In this document: positions 60,927 through 64,000 of the stretch, in pieces | How the letters are laid out: each line of letters begins with the position of its first letter | Position numbering within the stretch: the stretch's first letter is position 1 | NCBI GenBank assembly: GCA_010356995.1 | Contig: ML996689.1 | Span: 1-64,000, forward strand | Direction of reading: 5' to 3' | Length of the DNA stretch: 64,000 bases | DNA from: Trichodelitschia bisporula | Lineage: Eukaryota | Translations under genes and position numbers: made by a program | Notes under the pieces: model-generated | What the model saw: the letters and a program-made list of their open reading frames with translations, nothing else | Database searches by the model: none | Told to the model about the DNA's origin: nothing

Positions 60927-63271
60927 GGGTGGGGTTGTTAGTTGTGATGGCGTTGTGATGGCGTTGTGATGGGAGATTGGATGCATGATTCGAGATTTTA
61001 ATACTGTTGCTTCCGTTCTGTCCTTGGTGCATGATGTGCATTGGGAATGTCAGCCTTGTCGTGATCAGCCCGGCGGTCCGTGTTCTCGTACATCGCTGGA
61101 TGTACGCCGGGATATGCTATGACCTCTTTTCGATCTCCCTCTGGAAGACTAACAGAGATGGGATATCTCCACTGGTACTTGCTGTGAGCGCGAGAACATG
61201 TCATACATGACAGGCCACCGATCTCGGCCAAATTCCACTCAGAGACTCGCCACCAAGCTGTTGGCAGAAGTCGCGGACTGCGTAACTGCCCATCCACGGA
61301 TGGCGACATCATCTGGAATGGTAGTGACGACCGTGTGCTCCTCCTCCAAACGGCGATGAATCCTAGCTCTGCCTCAAAGGGGAAGAGCGCTGACCCAAAG
61401 TGGCGGTAGCCTTGCCACAAGAAGGAGGTACGATGAGCGCTCCTCCCTCAACTACACCGCGCGACATCGGAAGGGCCCACGGCACAATGGGTATAAATTC
61501 CTGTCCGTTCCAACCTCAGCTCTTTTCATCTCATCCACCTCTTCATCACCACCAGCCTTCCAATTACCCAGTCTCATCATTCAACCTGTTCAATCTCATC
61601 TTTCAAGCCCTTCAATACCATCATTCAATGCCTTCAACACATCATTCGATTCCTTTACTCCTTATGGGAGCAAGGCTTTTCACGTATCGTCCATTGCGCG
61701 TGTAAGAGCTTTGCTCCTATGAGATCTCGTCATTCAGTCCCTTCAATTCCATTGTTCAATCCCTTCAGATCGTCATCCCGCAACATCAACCCAGCTTCTA
61801 ACTCATCATGTCCTCGCCAGAACCGACACGTCGCCCAGAGGGCCTCCTACTGCGCAAAGATCGCCAGTTCACAATGCCCGTAAGTCTGTCAAGTTATAAA
61901 GTAGTTTTTCGTACTCATATCAACGCACCAGGATCCACCATCCGATCCTCTGCCGATTCCATTAATGAGAGTCAGTATGACGTAGGAGGAATACGCCAGG
62001 CTCCAGAGGCTCCTTCTATCTCCACAGCATCCTTCTGCTTAACAGCACTCTCTGCTTCACAGCTCGCGAGGACCAAACTCCCCAGCAGATACACCGCTTC
62101 ATTGATCTCTCGGGTGCCTCGATGGAGTCCCAAGGCTCAAATTTCTCCACGGAAGACCCCAGAGCCTCTCGGCCGGGGATTAAAGTGAAATCAAGCGGCG
62201 GTACGAGTTGATGATGGCTTTATTTCGATGGTCCTTTCGAGCTACATAAGGGAGAACTGCCGGTACGAGTTGAACCGTAGTCTTGATCCGATTCGCTATG
62301 AGGTCATGTGCTTACGGTCGTTTACGAGGCAGCCACAGGTCATACTCGTCTATGACAACTTTGACATGATGGATACCGTTCGGGATCAGAATGTGGGGTC
62401 GAGCGGTGACTCCATGTTCAAGGCCCGCCGTCCAAGAACACCCGCGCCGAGCTTCCCACTCTCCCTACGAGCCCTCTGAGTTTGAGGCCGAAACCTATTT
62501 TTACGGCTTCCCCAGCCAGTCGTCCCGTCTCGTTGCTCGGGCCAGCTTCAACGTCTGGATGAGGCCGAAGGGTCCCGAGGCGTACCTGAACTCGGTTCTA
62601 TGATGGCATGGCAATGCAGAAAGAATTTAAGTCCGTGTAGAAGGAGCACTTCTGCGAGATCGAGCAGTTCTCTCGCAGCCAGAAGCGTCAGAGGGCTGGA
62701 GTAGAGCCGGAGTATATTGAGCCATTCCAGATCTTTGGGGCGCGGCCCGGAATAGCGGTCGCCAGCCTGTCCCGTCTAAGCGCGTCAAGGAGAAATATGA
62801 AAGGTGTGGTAGTCCAGACAGTAAGAGTATGCCTGTACAGGGTAGCACGTGATTATGATCACATGATTAGTGGCATGGGTTTGCCAAGAGGTGGATGGAG
62901 GAAGGAGCCATGGAGGAGCTATGAGTATATGATGGCAAAGTTTTCCTTTCCCTCTCTTCTCTCCCCATCCATCTACAAGAATACCGTACAGAATCCAAAA
63001 TTTGTTCTGTTCACGTTTCGTGTTGTCATTTGTTGCTTTGATTGACTACGTCACTCTGAGAGTCGCCCTCTCACCACCAGATGTTGAGATGAAGGTTTCT
63101 ATATTGCTCAGCAGTAACCATGACATGCCTACCGCATCGCTCCTTGCTTTTCCTGCAGAACGTGCAAATGTCCTGATAGCTTTTGCGCCAAACGCTCCAA
63201 ATGCCAAATTAACATAAGCCGTTCAAGAGGACAGAGCTTCAATCGTCCTCAAATGCCTAAACCCTAGCATC

Positions 63272-64000
63272 TTACTTCTTCCCCCAATACCGGCTCACCA
63301 CCTCACTACCACTGCCCTCCGCGTCCTCCGCGTCCGCTGCCAGCCGCTTACCCCTCTTCCCAGTGGACCTCCGCGTCGCGCGCCTCTTCGGCGGCTCCGG
63401 AGCCACATCCTCCACCACCACCTCTTCCTCCTCCTCGCTGTCTGGAACGGCCTTCGCCTTCGGAATGGGCCTCGCCTTCGGAACAGCCCTCGCCTTCGCA
63501 ACAGGCTTCGCCTTCGGAACGGGCTTAGCCTTCGGAACAATAACCACCACGCCCCTTGCCCGACGCGTCGTCCGCTTAAACGGCTCGGGTTCGGGCTCGG
63601 GAGCTAGATCCTCGGTCTCGCCTTCTGAGTCCGGCACGGGCCCCGGGGCTCGCTTCGCCACTTCCGGCGAGTCCTCTAGCTCCATTTCGTCCTCGGAGTC
63701 GGGCACGGGCGCCCGCGTTGGCACCACTGGTTCGGCCTCTTCCACCTCCTCTTTGGAGTCGCGAACGGGATCGCGCGTCATGCGTCTGCTGCGCCGCTGG
63801 GGTGACGAGGCGGGAGGGTGCACGTCAGACATGATGTCTTCTCCGTCGTCCATGACGTCGTCCTCGTCTTCCGTATCTGGCACTGCGGCCTTGCGCATTG
63901 CGGCTACGGCTGCGGCGCCGGCGGAGCGGCGGGAACGACGGACAGGTGGGGAGGGGACTGAGGCTGGGACGTCGCCGGCCATTAGCAGATCTTCGTCTTC
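63272..64000 (-). CDS. C-terminal part of an acidic/basic low-complexity protein (partial)
   Basis: Frame open to the window edge. Repeated VPD(S/T)E motifs and ~5 PKAKPV-type 18-bp units. Confidence 0.75.
   Translation of the reverse strand, partial: EDEDLLMAGDVPASVPSPPVRRSRRSAGAAAVAAMRKAAVPDTEDEDDVMDDGEDIMSDVHPPASSPQRRSRRMTRDPVRDSKEEVEEAEPVVPTRAPVPDSEDEMELEDSPEVAKRAPGPVPDSEGETEDLAPEPEPEPFKRTTRRARGVVVIVPKAKPVPKAKPVAKARAVPKARPIPKAKAVPDSEEEEEVVVEDVAPEPPKRRATRRSTGKRGKRLAADAEDAEGSGSEVVSRYWGKK

Noticed and set aside
9430..60970. Short simple repeats: (gtgat)n at 9430, (cttgg)n at 22680, ~20-bp triplet at 43730, (tgtgatggcgt)n at 60943
   Set aside because: Ordinary slippage repeats in UTRs or intergenic DNA.
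8405..61000. Many long antisense or alternate-frame ORFs overlapping real genes
   Set aside because: Expected shadows of GC3-rich codon usage.

Overview
Eukaryotic DNA from a filamentous ascomycete (Pezizomycotina-type gene set; short GT..CT(A/G)A(C/T)..AG introns). Many real genes are spliced, so the six-frame ORF track shows them only as fragments. Left end: 3' end of a Ty1/copia retrotransposon, a nested non-autonomous hAT element, and a fungal NLR gene (alpha/beta-hydrolase, NB-ARC, near-identical TPR repeats) with an assembly gap in the repeats. Core genes follow: M28 leucine aminopeptidase, YjbQ/UPF0047, AP-1-like bZIP, Fe-ADH, Rkm5-like methyltransferase, long-chain acyl-CoA synthetase, S28 peptidase, Rrn11-like, RING-H2, a Zn2Cys6 factor, LysM protein, intron-containing tRNA-Leu(AAG), Nudix hydrolase, FarA/CTF1-alpha and an HsbA-family secreted protein. 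The most unusual element (12799-14147) is missed by the ORF track. It is a gene of six tandemly duplicated exon+intron units, each exon encoding one CxxC-x14-CxxC zinc-finger module, separated by near-identical ~45-nt phase-0 introns that carry TGG or a stop at the same codon position. Other points: a ~660-bp tandem duplication of a small orphan gene, a Crinkler-type NTPase apparently lacking its nuclease, and FarA-type CCGAGG sites in the farA intron and upstream of the neighbouring hsbA-like gene. All family assignments come from motif recognition by eye, not database searches.
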